NCBI GenBank assembly: GCA_963717465.1
Contig: OY970340.1
Coordinates: forward strand, 736,001 to 800,000
Direction: 5' to 3'
From: Candidatus Bathyarchaeota archaeon
GTDB taxonomy: Archaea > Thermoproteota > Bathyarchaeia > Bathyarchaeales > Bathycorpusculaceae
DNA: 64,000 bases
Shown here: positions 38,004 through 49,069 of the stretch, piece after piece
How the letters are laid out: every line of letters starts with the position of its first letter
How positions within the stretch are numbered: position 1 is the first letter of the stretch
The notes under the pieces: model-generated
What the model saw: the letters and a program-made list of their open reading frames with translations, nothing else
Told to the model about the DNA's origin: nothing
Databases searched by the model: none
Program-made: the position numbers and the translations under genes

Positions 38004-38549
38004 ATGGCAATAGAACAAACAATTGTTCCGAAAGAGGACACATCAAATTTCACTGCTGTCAAAATCATCGGTTTAATTGCAGACACGCATATTCCTTCAA
38101 AGCAAGTTGCATTCCGCAGGGAGTTTTCAAAGCATTCGAAAAAGCAGATTTCATAATTCATGCTGGTGACTTGGTAGAATTGAAAGTTATCGATGAACTA
38201 GAGCAAATTGCTCCTGTGCTTGCTGTTCACGGTAACATGGACAGTCCAGAAGTTAGTGGTGCTTTGCCTCAACTTGACTCATTAAAAATTTATGATTGGA
38301 AAATAGGAGTTATGCATGACCCGAACACACTTTTTGGAATGAATAAAATGAGGGAAATTGCCAAACAAAACATTTTTAACGTTTTTGTTTACGGGCATAC
38401 TCATAGCTCTAATATTAAGTGGGAAGAAAATATCTTGTATATTAATCCTGGAAGTCCAACTAACCCTTCCTCGATCGTTGACAAGCCTTCTGTCGCAGTT
38501 GTTAAAAATAACGAAAAATGAAATAAAACCTGAAATTATTCATATTTAA
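38004..38549 (+). CDS. YfcE-like metallophosphoesterase, frameshifted
   Basis: IADTH, IHAGD, VHGNMD, YGHTH, INPGS. Confidence 0.85.
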
Positions 38550-38990
38550 CTGCTTTATATCATAGATATGAATGACACGTAAAGGCTCAAGTAAAGCAAT
38601 GTTCCAAGAGCAATTGAAACCAGCCAAAGAATGTACGTAGCCAGCATAAGACGTTTTTTTTGGGAGACAATATTTCAAGTCTTTCCGTAAACGCCATGAT
38701 GCAACTATCCAAATACCAAGAATCCAAGTTAAGGCTCCAACTGCGGCGTGAACGATGACGGTTGCAAAAACTGGACTTGAAAGGTTCAATGCGAAATAGA
38801 TGCTTACTAAAGATGGAATCATAACTGATAAAACCATGGCAGTATGAAGAATTACTGCTGAAAGCATAACATAATCCATGTTGTCCGCAACTTATTTTCT
38901 CTTTTAAGCATGTAGCCAACGATGAGCAAAGCAAGCACAATAAATTGAATAACAAGATTTGTTGATTGCTAAAACAAAAACAAAATCCAT
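38502..38990 (-). CDS. DUF420-like membrane protein, frameshifted
   Basis: Hydrophobic segments with His residues (AVILHT..VMIPS, HAAVG) split across frames. Confidence 0.5.
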
Positions 38991-39118
38991 TATTGGCTTC
39001 ACAATATTAAAGTTAGAAGAATTACTTTAACCCATCTCTCCACGTAACCCGCAATCAGTTACATGATTTCTTTTATTAGGCTTTTTTGCAGAAATTGAAA
39101 TCACTGGAGATACCAAAA

Positions 39119-39259
39119 ATGGAGCAATGTAAAAACCCCTGGAAAAACGAGTGCAAAAGCGAAAACATACAACTCTATATTCTTTACAAAGGTGAAAAAG
39201 TTCCAATCTGCAGGCAATGTTGGAATAGTATAGCTGACAAAGAAAACGATTGGTGTTAA
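39119..39259 (+). CDS. Small 4-Cys protein (46 aa), below ORF-track cutoff
   Basis: MEQCKNPWKNECKSENIQLYILYKGEKVPICRQCWNSIADKENDWC; GGAGA RBS. Confidence 0.65.
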   Translation: MEQCKNPWKNECKSENIQLYILYKGEKVPICRQCWNSIADKENDWC

Positions 39260-39261
39260 AC

Positions 39262-39500
39262 ATGGAAAATTTTAGCTTAAACAGTGCCAAATCCTTCATT
39301 GGAAAAAACGTGAATTTACATTTAAAAGATGGCTCAGTGATAATTAATGTTTATTTAACTGGCATTCAAGGTGGAATTTCAGGAAAATCTAAGTTTATCA
39401 AGTATGTCTCACTCTGGAAATTTGAACACTACAATACCCGTTGAGAAATGTTGCTTGGGCAGAGATGCTAAACACAAATTTAATCCAATTATTTGGCTAA
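39262..39500 (+). CDS. Small Sm/LSm-like beta protein, frameshifted
   Basis: FIGKNVNLHLKDGSVI pattern resembles the Sm1 motif. Confidence 0.45.
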
Positions 39501-39688
39501 ATGCTTTTTTAACTTTTTTCCCAAGCATTATTTTTTTTGAAGAAATTTGTCGAAATGAAATAAAGCTTTTTTGCTTGTGCCTAAAGCAAGTAATAGAGCT
39601 TTTGCGCAGGATAGATGAACAAGCAAGGGCAAGAAGTTCTGATTAGCTTCCAACAGTTTTAAATAATCGAGTTTGAACCTTTCAAAGG

Positions 39689-40693
39689 TTGACCTGTATG
39701 CCTTGCACGGTAATTGTTGGGGCCTTCTGGGGAGATGAAGGCAAAGGAAAAATAATTTCCTACTTAGCTTTGAACGATAAGCTTGATTTTTGCGTTAGGA
39801 CAGGTTCAGTAAACGCTGCGCACACTGTCTGGAATGATGGGAAAAAGTTTGCGTTGCATATGGTTCCAGCAGGTTTTCTTTATGAAAAGTGCCGTTTGCT
39901 CATTGGTGCTGGAGCTAACGTTCAAGTTCCCAAGTTCTTTGAAGAGTTGGAGTTAACCAAAGTTAAAGGTCGAATGGGAATAGACCAGATGGCATCGATA
40001 ATCGAGGAGAAACATGCTGTTTTGGACAAAAGCAGTGCACATTTGAAAGGTATTGGAACGACAGGTTGGGGTGTTGGACCAGCATTGGAAGAACGCGTTA
40101 GAAGAACAGCTAAGCTTGCAAGGGATATTCCAGAGTTGAAGCCTTACCTTACTGATGTCTCAGCCGAAATCAACGATGGGTTAGATGCTGGAAAGAAGGT
40201 TTTGCTTGAAGGTACTCAGGGTTTCATGCTTTCGCTTTATTTTGGCACTTACCCCTACGTGACTGGAAGAGATACAAGTGCATCAGCTATCGCTTCTGAA
40301 GCCGGGGTTGGACCTACAAGGGTTGATAATGTATTGATAGTTTACAAGTCTTTCATAACACGAGTCGGCGCTGGGCCTTTACCTGGAGAAATGACAAAAG
40401 AAGAAGCGGTAAACAAAGGCTGGTTTGAAACTGCTGCTGGAACTGGACGAGACAGGCGTTCTGCACCATTTGATTTTGAGTTAGCCAAGAAGACTGCAAG
40501 GATCAACGGTGCAACCGAAGCGGCAATTACAAAACTTGACAGCATATTTCCAAGTTGCAAGGGCGCTAGGCGTTATGGTGATCTTTCTAAGGAAGCAAAA
40601 GCATTCGTTAAAGAAGTTGAAGCAAAGGCTGGTGTACCAGTGGTTTTAATCGGAACTGGACCTGAGGCTTTAGATATTATTGATAGACGCTGA
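39689..40693 (+). CDS. purA: Adenylosuccinate synthetase (short archaeal type)
   Basis: WGDEGKGK, NAAHT, EGTQG, YPYVT, TRVG.GP, TKLD, GTGP. Confidence 0.96.
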   Translation: MTCMPCTVIVGAFWGDEGKGKIISYLALNDKLDFCVRTGSVNAAHTVWNDGKKFALHMVPAGFLYEKCRLLIGAGANVQVPKFFEELELTKVKGRMGIDQMASIIEEKHAVLDKSSAHLKGIGTTGWGVGPALEERVRRTAKLARDIPELKPYLTDVSAEINDGLDAGKKVLLEGTQGFMLSLYFGTYPYVTGRDTSASAIASEAGVGPTRVDNVLIVYKSFITRVGAGPLPGEMTKEEAVNKGWFETAAGTGRDRRSAPFDFELAKKTARINGATEAAITKLDSIFPSCKGARRYGDLSKEAKAFVKEVEAKAGVPVVLIGTGPEALDIIDRR

Positions 40694-40749
40694 TTTGGGG
40701 CAACTCTTTTATTTCTTGGTAACATGCCCTATTTTTGAGGGCAAATTAA

Positions 40750-41892
40750 ATGAATGCATACAGTGAACCAGTAAAACATACTCGCAGTTTCCTTATTCTA
40801 ATCTTAGTTGCAGGAATACTTGTTGGAAGTATTGTAAGTGTGGCAGTATTTTATTTCCAGAACCAAGATTTAGCCAACCGTGTTACTGATTTGGAAAACC
40901 AAGTTTCGCTTCTTAGTGGTTTTCAAAATGCAACTTACCAGAACATTACGATTTACGAAAATGGTACCTCTTTAGCGGATATTTATGATAGTGTGCATAA
41001 TTCAATAGTTTTAATTATGGGAACAAGCGGCGATGAGACAATACAAGGCTCTGGTTTCGTATACTATGATACTACTTACAATGAAAATGTTGTCATTACA
41101 AATTATCATGTAGTTGATGGCACTAGCGATACGAGTGTTACTTTTTCTGACGGCAACGGTTACGCAGCAACAGTTCTAGGCACTGATCCCTACGCAGATT
41201 TGGCTATTCTTTCTGTCCCAACTGCGCCTTCAAGCGAGTTTACGCCCATTCAAATCACCAGTTCATCAACATTGCGCATTGGCGAGCAAGTTTTTGCAAT
41301 TGGAAATCCATACGGCTTGACAGGTTCTTTAACCACAGGTATAATAAGTGCTCTTGGAAGAACAATAACCGAGGATACCTCTAACGGTTATTCAATTGCA
41401 AACATAATTCAAACCGACACTTTGATCAATCCTGGAAACTCTGGAGGACCATTACTGAATGCAGCGGGAAACGTTGTTGGAATCACAACGGCGATTGCTT
41501 CCAATTCAGAAGGGATAGGTTTTGCCGTTCCATCTGACACGATTTTACGCGAAATAAATGAGTTGATAAGCACAAGAAGTTACAGTGGTCATTCTTACTT
41601 GGGCGTAACAGGAGAAGATATGAGTTATGATTTAGCTCAGGAGTATAACCTTAATGTCACTTACGGTTTTAGAATTGATACAGTTGTAGCTTCAAGTCCA
41701 TCCTCAGGCATCTTATTGTCCGGAGATGTCATCATTGCGATGAATGGAACCAGAATAACAAATGGAGATGATTTAGCAAGTTACTTAGAGGAGAATACTC
41801 TTCCCGGAGATAATTTAGTTTTAACTGTGGTGAGAAATAACGCAGATATGAATGTCACAGTCACGCTAGGAACAAGACCTGCTTCTACATAA
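40750..41892 (+). CDS. htrA: Membrane-anchored HtrA-like serine protease with PDZ
   Basis: N-terminal TM, TNYHV, DLA, NPGNSGGPL, C-terminal PDZ. Confidence 0.92.
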   Translation: MNAYSEPVKHTRSFLILILVAGILVGSIVSVAVFYFQNQDLANRVTDLENQVSLLSGFQNATYQNITIYENGTSLADIYDSVHNSIVLIMGTSGDETIQGSGFVYYDTTYNENVVITNYHVVDGTSDTSVTFSDGNGYAATVLGTDPYADLAILSVPTAPSSEFTPIQITSSSTLRIGEQVFAIGNPYGLTGSLTTGIISALGRTITEDTSNGYSIANIIQTDTLINPGNSGGPLLNAAGNVVGITTAIASNSEGIGFAVPSDTILREINELISTRSYSGHSYLGVTGEDMSYDLAQEYNLNVTYGFRIDTVVASSPSSGILLSGDVIIAMNGTRITNGDDLASYLEENTLPGDNLVLTVVRNNADMNVTVTLGTRPAST

Positions 41893-42178
41893 AAACAAAT
41901 TTTTTCTTCATTTCATTAGGTCTACTTTTCCCCTCCCCTAATTTAACCTTAGAATGCTATTTTCCATAAGTTACTTAATAGACAGGCGGTGACTAGAGGA
42001 CTATATAGTCGTGTAAAACCTTATGTTTTTGCCAATTATGACGAGTTGGATCTTGAATACTGCATTACAAATCAAATTGTGTCGGCAGCTGCAAGAATTT
42101 TAGGTTTTTTTAAGTTAAAGAAGCTTAATTGCTGAGTAAGAAAGAAGAAACAAAAAATCTGCTGGATTTCATGAAAGC

Positions 42179-43321
42179 TTAAGTTATTACATCTTGGAAA
42201 GTGACGAGTTCTACGGTTAGTGATGGTTTTACTGCTTCTGAGACGCGGGATGCGACTATGCGTTTAATTGTTTTTTCGCCTGCGATGTCTACTATTCTTT
42301 GAGTTATTATTCCGTCAAAAACAACTGTTTCTACGCCACTTACTTGCTGTAATCTATCTGCTAGCTGACTAACTGGCAGTCTTTCAATCAATTCAAATTT
42401 TTCATTGAGCAAAACTGCTTCAAGAGTGCCCTGCAACGTTTTCGCTGTTTGAGTGACAGATTCTGGCACTTCTACCTTAACTTTTTCAGGTTTCTTTTGT
42501 TTATAAACTTCAGATATAGGCACTCTGCTATCTAAAGCCTCAGCGATTTCTTTACAGTTGCATTCTTCGATTTCTTTTCCTCTCGGAGCACGACCGACAA
42601 ATTTTATGTTTGTTACCTGCAATAGTTCTTTAAGTATTAAGTCGCCTCCTCTGTCTCCATCTAACAATGCGGTGGCTTCTTTCTCTTTAGTCAACCGTTT
42701 TATTGACTCTGGAACTTTAGCGCCTTCAAGAGCAACTGTATTAACGAATCCGCAACGCATCAGGTTAATTATGTCAGCTCTTCCTTCAACAACAATAATT
42801 TCTTTTGAAAATTCCAATCCTGGTCCAGCGGGTAAATCTTCTGGTCCATACTTGTCTACTTTTCCAATTTTCATTGTATCGGATATTTCTTTGTAGACCT
42901 CGTCGACGCTGGGCATGGATTCAATGTTCCACTTATGAAGTATTTCTTTAGCCCGGTCAATGATTATTTTTCTTCGTGATTCACGGATATCTTCTATCTT
43001 GTCAAGGTTGACTTTTGCTGAGCATGGTCCAACGCGATTTATGCTTTCCACACTTGCCGCAATGAGAGCCGTGGAAACGCGGTCAAGGCTTGTTGGTATT
43101 GTTATTGCACCGTTTGTTCGGTCATTTTTCGAGTGTAATTCAATTTCTATTCTACCGATGCGTCCAGTTTTCTGAAGTTCCCTTAAGTCCAGTTCTGGAC
43201 CGAAAAGACCCTCAGTTTGACCAAAAACTGCTCCTATAACATCTGGTTTTTCAACTACACCCTCAATTTCAAATCTAGCGTGTATAACGTACTTTATAGT
43301 AAATGTTTGGGATGTTCCCGT
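42179..43321 (-). CDS. dnaG: Archaeal DnaG; apparent ACG start at 43321
   Basis: In-frame N-terminus GTSQTFTIKYVIHARFEIEGVVEKPDVIGAVFGQTEG; TOPRIM VVEGRAD, DGDRGG; FDGIITQR. Confidence 0.93.
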   Translation of the reverse strand, partial: TGTSQTFTIKYVIHARFEIEGVVEKPDVIGAVFGQTEGLFGPELDLRELQKTGRIGRIEIELHSKNDRTNGAITIPTSLDRVSTALIAASVESINRVGPCSAKVNLDKIEDIRESRRKIIIDRAKEILHKWNIESMPSVDEVYKEISDTMKIGKVDKYGPEDLPAGPGLEFSKEIIVVEGRADIINLMRCGFVNTVALEGAKVPESIKRLTKEKEATALLDGDRGGDLILKELLQVTNIKFVGRAPRGKEIEECNCKEIAEALDSRVPISEVYKQKKPEKVKVEVPESVTQTAKTLQGTLEAVLLNEKFELIERLPVSQLADRLQQVSGVETVVFDGIITQRIVDIAGEKTIKRIVASRVSEAVKPSLTVELVTFQDVIT

Positions 43322-43553
43322 AAGCGTACACCTTCCTAATTCGAAGTTTATTTATTTAGTTTATTTAGTTAATTTTACTTAATCACATTAACGAGTTATT
43401 CTCGTAATTATGAGATTATCTTTGATTATTCACCTTTAGAATGTAACTGGCTATTTTATAACACTTTTGGCTAGAACCATCCGTACTCACACTTATACTT
43501 ATTAAAATTTGGCCAAAAATCGAAGAACTGTTTACTTTAGAACGAAAAATTAT

Positions 43554-43665
43554 ATTTGGCGGATCAAACGTTATTGACCAAATGCGGATAAACTAAAAAC
43601 ATAGCAGGGGGAAGAGAGAGGAGAGGAACCTTCCGCATTTGAAATCAATTGTTAATCCGCCAAAT
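43554..43665. other. Long imperfect stem-loop upstream of dnaG
   Basis: ATTTGGCGGAT/ATCCGCCAAAT outer and CAAATGCGGA/TCCGCATTTG inner arms. Confidence 0.65.
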
Positions 43666-43855
43666 GCGCTACGTGGGTGGGTCTTGCAAAATAATAGGAA
43701 CTTAAAGAAACATAAAAGAATATGTGACTTCACCCCAATACCAACATTCATCGCACCCACCTGTATTCAATATTCTTAACTGGAGCTTTTATCGTCCAAC
43801 TTAAATAATAATAGTCACAAAGGTACGTTAGCTTGAGAATGCCTGGCGAATTAGT

Positions 43856-44633
43856 ATGAGTTTGCGAGTAAACCCTGAATATGAGAAGTTGTTGCCGAGA
43901 ATGTCAGATCCGGAATTTGGTGAGCTGAAAGAATCAATAAGGTTGGAGGGTCAGCATTATCCCATTATTGTTAATGAAAATCTTGAAGTTTTGGATGGTC
44001 ATCACAGGTTTAAGGCGTGCGTTGAATTGAATATTGAGCCCGATTTTGAGGTTCGTAAATTTGAGGATAAACTTGTTGAGAAAAAATTCGTTATAGAAGC
44101 AAATTTGCGGAGACGGCACTTAAATAATTTTCAACTTGTAGAGTTAGCTGTTCCATTATTAGAAATAGAAAAAGCAATTGCTAAAAAGAAACAAGTTAAA
44201 GTTGTCAAAAACCAAGAGAGTGTCCTATCGGAAGAGATATCTGAAGACCTTGCGCCTGAATTAAGGGCAAAAGCAACTGAAACAGTGACTAAAAAAGCTG
44301 GAGTTTCGCCTCGAACGTTTGAGCGTGGTAAAAAAATTTTGGAAAACGCAAGCGAAGACCAAAAGCAAAATTTGAGAGAAGGAAAAACAAGCATTTCTAA
44401 AGTTTACAGTGAAATCGTTGGGTCCAATGTTAAAAAACGGGAAAAACCCGAGATTGACCCTTTGGATCCACGGTTTGAAAAAAATAAAACTGCTTTTTAT
44501 GCTTTAGTTAGAAGCATGGTTGAGCAAGGGATCTTTTGTCCTTCCTGCGGTAGCAAACTATTCGAATGTAGCTAAATGTCACAAGACACTTCAGGACTTG
44601 GCACAATTACAGTTAAATGATAAGTCTTCTTGA
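43856..44633 (+). CDS. ParB/Srx N-terminal domain protein with C-terminal Zn ribbon; probable indel near 44573
   Basis: LKESI..EG..YPII, LDGHHR, N..RRHL; CPSC...C.KC. Confidence 0.82.
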
Positions 44634-44842
44634 TTTTCGTCAGTGTTGGTCTCTGATCTAATGTTCTAATGTTGTTTTTATGGGAATATCTAGTGAGCCG
44701 TTTAGGTGCAGCATTCCTCTTCTCAATTTACCATTGATTTCGATGGAATTTTGAAAAGTAAAACTAAAACTTGGGTGCGGAAAAGGGGTCATGAATACTA
44801 AAGATTGTCAGACTGTTAAGTTAAGCGATCACGGACACGCGC

Positions 44843-46525
44843 TCAAGCTTTTTCTTTGCACTCTGCCAACTGGTCATCAACAGGTTTGCCACCTCTAAAC
44901 GCTGAGAAAATTGCAGCTATGAAGCACAGGGCGGCACTGATAATGAAAGCTAGCTGAAGTGCACTCATGAAGGGTGCCGAGATAGCGTTTGGGAAAAATG
45001 TTGGTCCTGTTAATTTCGCCATTGCCGATTGAGGTATAGCATTGACTACATATGAGGGCAGTTGGGCCAGCATTGTGTTGATTGGGTTGTAACCTAGGAA
45101 TGCTCCAAATAAAGCGCTCGTCGCAGGTATAGAACTGAAGGCTTGCGCTATTTGTGAAGTTGCTCCAGCGCTCGTCACAGCCGAAGCTAAGGCGCTCGGT
45201 AATGAAGTGTTGAGGGAAATAATTATGATGGTGAAAAATATCGCTAAGCTGACAGTTTGGGCACAATTCTGAAGAGTGGCACGCATGCCTGATGCAACAC
45301 CTCTATGTTCTGCTGGAACACTGTTCATAACTGCTGCCGTGTTGGGCGAAAAGAAGAGACCGTTACCAATGCCCATTATGAAGAGCACGATGCCGAACGT
45401 TAGATAGGCAAAGTTTGCTTGGAAAAACGATAAAGCCAGCAGAGCAAGGCCCGTTATGCAACAACCCAGCGTAGCATAGAATCTTGCTCCATGCTTGTCT
45501 GACAACCATCCGCTGATTGGACCTGCAACTACGAAACCGATAGTCATAGGTATCATGAAAATCCCCGCCCAGAATGGTGCAGACTCGTAGCTGTACCCAT
45601 GAAGCGGAAGCCAAATGCCCTGAAGCAAAATGATAAGCATTATCATCACGCCACCCCTAGCCATGGAACTTAGAAACGAGGCGAGGTTGCCCATACTGTA
45701 CGCCTTTATCCTGAATAAGTCAAGTTTAAACAAAGGCTCTGAAACACGCTGCTCAATAAACGGAAATGCAATGAGCAAAGCAGCTCCGCTGATAAAAGAA
45801 GCAATGACCCATGGGCTGCCCCATCCCATAGGAGAATTGCCATAAGGCATTAAACCATAAGTGATTCCAAGGATAAGAAGCGTTAAGCCAACGCCGAAAG
45901 TTATGTTTCCCCAAACATCCAATTTCTGGTTACGTTTAATTGTGCCATGCTCTTTCATTTTCCAGTAAGACCAGATGGTGCCGAAAGCGCCGACGGGAAC
46001 GCTTACAAGGAAGATCAATCGCCAATCAATGGTTGCCAGTATGCCACCAAGAATCAAGCCAACTAGTGAACCTGCTAGGAAAAAAACACCGTTGATTCCG
46101 AGCGCCTTCCCCCGTTCATTAACGGGAAAAGCATCAGTGATAATTGCGGCGCTATTTGCAAATATGAATGCACCGCCTATGCCTTGAATTATTCGAAAAA
46201 TGATTAGTTCTAATGCACCTAAATTGCCTGTGCTCCACACTATCGAGCAGAGTATTGAGCCGACTGTGAAGATTGCGAACCCAAGATTAAACAGTTTTAC
46301 TCTTCCAAACATGTCTGAAATTCTGCCGAAAGTAACAAGAAGAGTTGCGGTAACTAAGCCATAGCCGAAAAGTAGCCAAAGCATGTAATCGAAAGATGTG
46401 AAAGGATTGATGTTAATTCCCCTGAAAATAGCAGGAAGTGATATCAGAACAATAGTGCCATCTATTGAAGCCATCAAAGTGCCAATGGTGGTGTTGGAAA
46501 GAGCAACCCACTTGTATTCAACCAT
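44843..46525 (-). CDS. DHA2-type MFS transporter
   Basis: [23 protein letters not shown]; many TM segments. Confidence 0.93.
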   Translation of the reverse strand: MVEYKWVALSNTTIGTLMASIDGTIVLISLPAIFRGININPFTSFDYMLWLLFGYGLVTATLLVTFGRISDMFGRVKLFNLGFAIFTVGSILCSIVWSTGNLGALELIIFRIIQGIGGAFIFANSAAIITDAFPVNERGKALGINGVFFLAGSLVGLILGGILATIDWRLIFLVSVPVGAFGTIWSYWKMKEHGTIKRNQKLDVWGNITFGVGLTLLILGITYGLMPYGNSPMGWGSPWVIASFISGAALLIAFPFIEQRVSEPLFKLDLFRIKAYSMGNLASFLSSMARGGVMIMLIILLQGIWLPLHGYSYESAPFWAGIFMIPMTIGFVVAGPISGWLSDKHGARFYATLGCCITGLALLALSFFQANFAYLTFGIVLFIMGIGNGLFFSPNTAAVMNSVPAEHRGVASGMRATLQNCAQTVSLAIFFTIIIISLNTSLPSALASAVTSAGATSQIAQAFSSIPATSALFGAFLGYNPINTMLAQLPSYVVNAIPQSAMAKLTGPTFFPNAISAPFMSALQLAFIISAALCFIAAIFSAFRGGKPVDDQLAECKEKA

Positions 46526-46865
46526 AAATTAGCAGTCTCCTATGTTAATTGATTTTATTGCAGTTCCCGCTAGGTTTTAGGAAATGTTTCAGTGCAATAT
46601 GTTTCATTAGGATATAAGGATTTTCTAAAGCCACTGGCAGGACCCAACGAAATGATGCGAAAAAATGCTTAATATGCGGTCAGCTTTTAAATATTGGCGA
46701 CGCGCGCTAAAAACTATGGTCGAATTCAAATTACTTTGCCCTGCTATTCAAAGAATTGCTAAGCGTTGATAAATTTATTTGCCGAAGATTCAGCACAATT
46801 TAATAGTGTAAGAAACGAACGCAAAAGACCCAAAAGAGAAAAAGTGAGCTTAATTTGATTGCTTC

Positions 46866-47531
46866 TTATTTTATTGAGGCATAAAATTCCTTAACCTTTT
46901 GGGAAGCGTTTGGCATTAGAGGTTCCCCGTGACCGCTTAGTAGTACATCAAAATCAAACGTGGATATCAGTCCAATAGATTCCTTTGCTTTGACCGGGTC
47001 CAAAGTGAAACTTTCAGGTGGACCCGCAATTTTGCGATTTCTAAATGTAATGGCATCTCCAACAAAGATTACTTTCTTTTCGGTGTTCAGAAGGGATATG
47101 CTTCCATATGAATGTCCAGGTGTGTGAATGACTGTTAATTTGCCGATTTTATCGTTATTTTTCAACAGCAAGTCTGGTTCCACAGGTGCTGTTTTTACAA
47201 CTGACGAAAAAGCTTTGAGCAAAACGTTTTTTGGTTTAGGCGGCGCTTTTTTTCCAGCTACAATATCAGCTTCGTTTTCATGTACAGCTATTTTAGCGTT
47301 AGTTTGTTTCTTTAATTTTTGAGCGCTTCCAACGTGATCAATGTGAAAATGTGTCAAAATAATCGTTGATACATCCTGAGGCTCACAGCCTATTGAGTGG
47401 ACATATTTTAGTATTTTTCCATCGCTTCTAGGCATACCGGTGTCGATTAAAATTAACTTGCCCACATCTTTAACAAGGTAAACGTTGCCGTTAATTCCAT
47501 CAACCTGATGAATTCCATCGACAATTTCCAT
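46866..47531 (-). CDS. MBL-fold metallo-hydrolase
   Basis: THFHIDHVG, TPGHS.G, GD, GHG. Confidence 0.9.
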   Translation of the reverse strand: MEIVDGIHQVDGINGNVYLVKDVGKLILIDTGMPRSDGKILKYVHSIGCEPQDVSTIILTHFHIDHVGSAQKLKKQTNAKIAVHENEADIVAGKKAPPKPKNVLLKAFSSVVKTAPVEPDLLLKNNDKIGKLTVIHTPGHSYGSISLLNTEKKVIFVGDAITFRNRKIAGPPESFTLDPVKAKESIGLISTFDFDVLLSGHGEPLMPNASQKVKEFYASIK

Positions 47532-47746
47532 TCAAATTCCTTAAGATTGTTAACACGGTAGCTTGAACTTAAAAAGATTATCACTTCAAGCTGATGGCGG
47601 TTGGGAAAACATCAAAATTGTTTGTCGAATTGTGATCGTTATGCGTCGCTTATTCTTGTTTTTTGTCAATGGAAAAGCGAAAGCTGGGTATTGACAGAGA
47701 AAAGTTAAAGGTGTAATCTGGCAATAGCTTTTAATGGCGAGAGATA

Positions 47747-48088
47747 TTGAAAAAACCAGAAGATGCCAAACAACTCATTGCGCAACCCTCGAAATTGCAA
47801 AACTTAATTGATTATCAAACCAGTTCCGTTGTCAGCCGAACAATAATTGATAAGAAAACTGGTACCGTAACATTGTTTGCGTTTGATAAAGGGCAGGGTT
47901 TAAGCGAGCATACAGCTCCCTATGACGCGTTGGTTTATGTCCTTGATGGAGAAGTTAACGTAACAATATCGGGAAAACCAGTAAAACTAGCACAGGGTGA
48001 AATGACTATTATACCGGCTAACCACCCGCACGCGCTTCATGCAGTTGCCCGTTTCAAAATGTTGCTGATAATGATAAAATCAAACTAA
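47747..48088 (+). CDS. Cupin domain protein
   Basis: LSEHTAP...G.....PAN.PH. Confidence 0.88.
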   Translation: MKKPEDAKQLIAQPSKLQNLIDYQTSSVVSRTIIDKKTGTVTLFAFDKGQGLSEHTAPYDALVYVLDGEVNVTISGKPVKLAQGEMTIIPANHPHALHAVARFKMLLIMIKSN

Positions 48089-48715
48089 TTTTTTACCCCA
48101 AGTGTCCACAAAGCAAAAGTCGCTAAGACTATTTCTTTTGCTTGAAGCTTTTTCAGCTGGGTAGCCAACGGCAATTAACGCTTGAGGCTCTATGTTCTTT
48201 GGAATTTTCAGTGCTTTTCTTACTGTTTGTTTGCAAAAACTTGGCGCTGAAAACCAGCATGCACCCAAACCCTTAGCATGCACCATGAGCAGCAAGTTCT
48301 GTATCGCCGCTCCTAAACTTTGCATGGCTAAGTCTCGTTCACATTTTTTTCTCTTGGCATCATTAAACTTTCTCATATTCTCCAAGCTTAAGCACGCAAG
48401 AATAAGCGCTGGTGCATTTGCAAACCTTTCGACATTGGCCTTACGCTTTGAGGCCTCAATTTTGGCGCCATCTTTAATCAAATCCGCATCCCACGCCTTA
48501 GCCATAGCCTCTGACAACTCCTCTTTCACGGACGCTTTTTCCAATACTATGAATCTCCAAGGTTGCGCGTTGTGTGCTGAAGGAGCCCACCTTGCAGCTT
48601 CCAACATTTCTTTAATGTCTTCTGTGGAGACTTGTTTTGGAACGTATTTTCTGATGCTTCGCCGATCTTTAATTGCCTTGATTATTTTAGACATGATAGA
48701 TGATTTATCTAGCAT
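48080..48715 (-). CDS. Nitroreductase family protein (FbiB C-terminal-like)
   Basis: RRSIRKY, APSAHNAQPW, GAAIQNLLL, GLGACWFSAP.FC. Confidence 0.88.
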   Translation of the reverse strand: MLDKSSIMSKIIKAIKDRRSIRKYVPKQVSTEDIKEMLEAARWAPSAHNAQPWRFIVLEKASVKEELSEAMAKAWDADLIKDGAKIEASKRKANVERFANAPALILACLSLENMRKFNDAKRKKCERDLAMQSLGAAIQNLLLMVHAKGLGACWFSAPSFCKQTVRKALKIPKNIEPQALIAVGYPAEKASSKRNSLSDFCFVDTWGKKLV

Positions 48716-48776
48716 TAGTTAATAAAACTTGAACGATTTCTAATGCCAGAATTTATTTGGTATCGAGGAATGAAGA

Positions 48777-48899
48777 TTAAATTCCAAGAATAGAAAAATG
48801 CATGCAAACCAAGTAACCCAAAATGCTGCCTCCGACAAAACAAAGAAGCATAATCAAGCCATCGTGTTTTCCTTCAGTTGAATCAAACTTTCCTAACAT
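48777..48899 (-). CDS. Possible 40-aa single-TM protein
   Basis: MLGKFDSTEGKHDGLIMLLCFVGGSILGYLVCMHFSILGI; GTGA RBS-like motif. Confidence 0.35.
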   Translation of the reverse strand: MLGKFDSTEGKHDGLIMLLCFVGGSILGYLVCMHFSILGI

Positions 48900-48992
48900 T
48901 AATATCACTTATTATATGGATTCCGTTTCCTTATGAGAAATGTTTTATGAAGGATAAGTTAATATTTCAAATCACAAAAGCTTTTTAGCTAT

Positions 48993-49069
48993 GGGCCGGT
49001 CGTCCAGCTCGGTAAGACGTCGCCCTCACGCGGCGAAGATCACCGGTTCAAATCCGGTCCGGCCCACCA
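48993..49069 (+). tRNA. tRNA-Val(CAC), CCA encoded
   Basis: GGGCCGG/CCGGCCC acceptor, TCGCC-CTCACGC-GGCGA anticodon arm, GGTTCAAATCC, ACCA. Confidence 0.96.

Noticed and set aside
41989..42135. 48-aa plus-strand ORF between htrA and dnaG
   Set aside because: Weak initiation signals and no recognisable motif.
43554..43665. H/ACA guide RNA
   Set aside because: An ATA follows the stem, but the pocket-to-box distance exceeds the usual 14-16 nt and no clear K-turn was seen.
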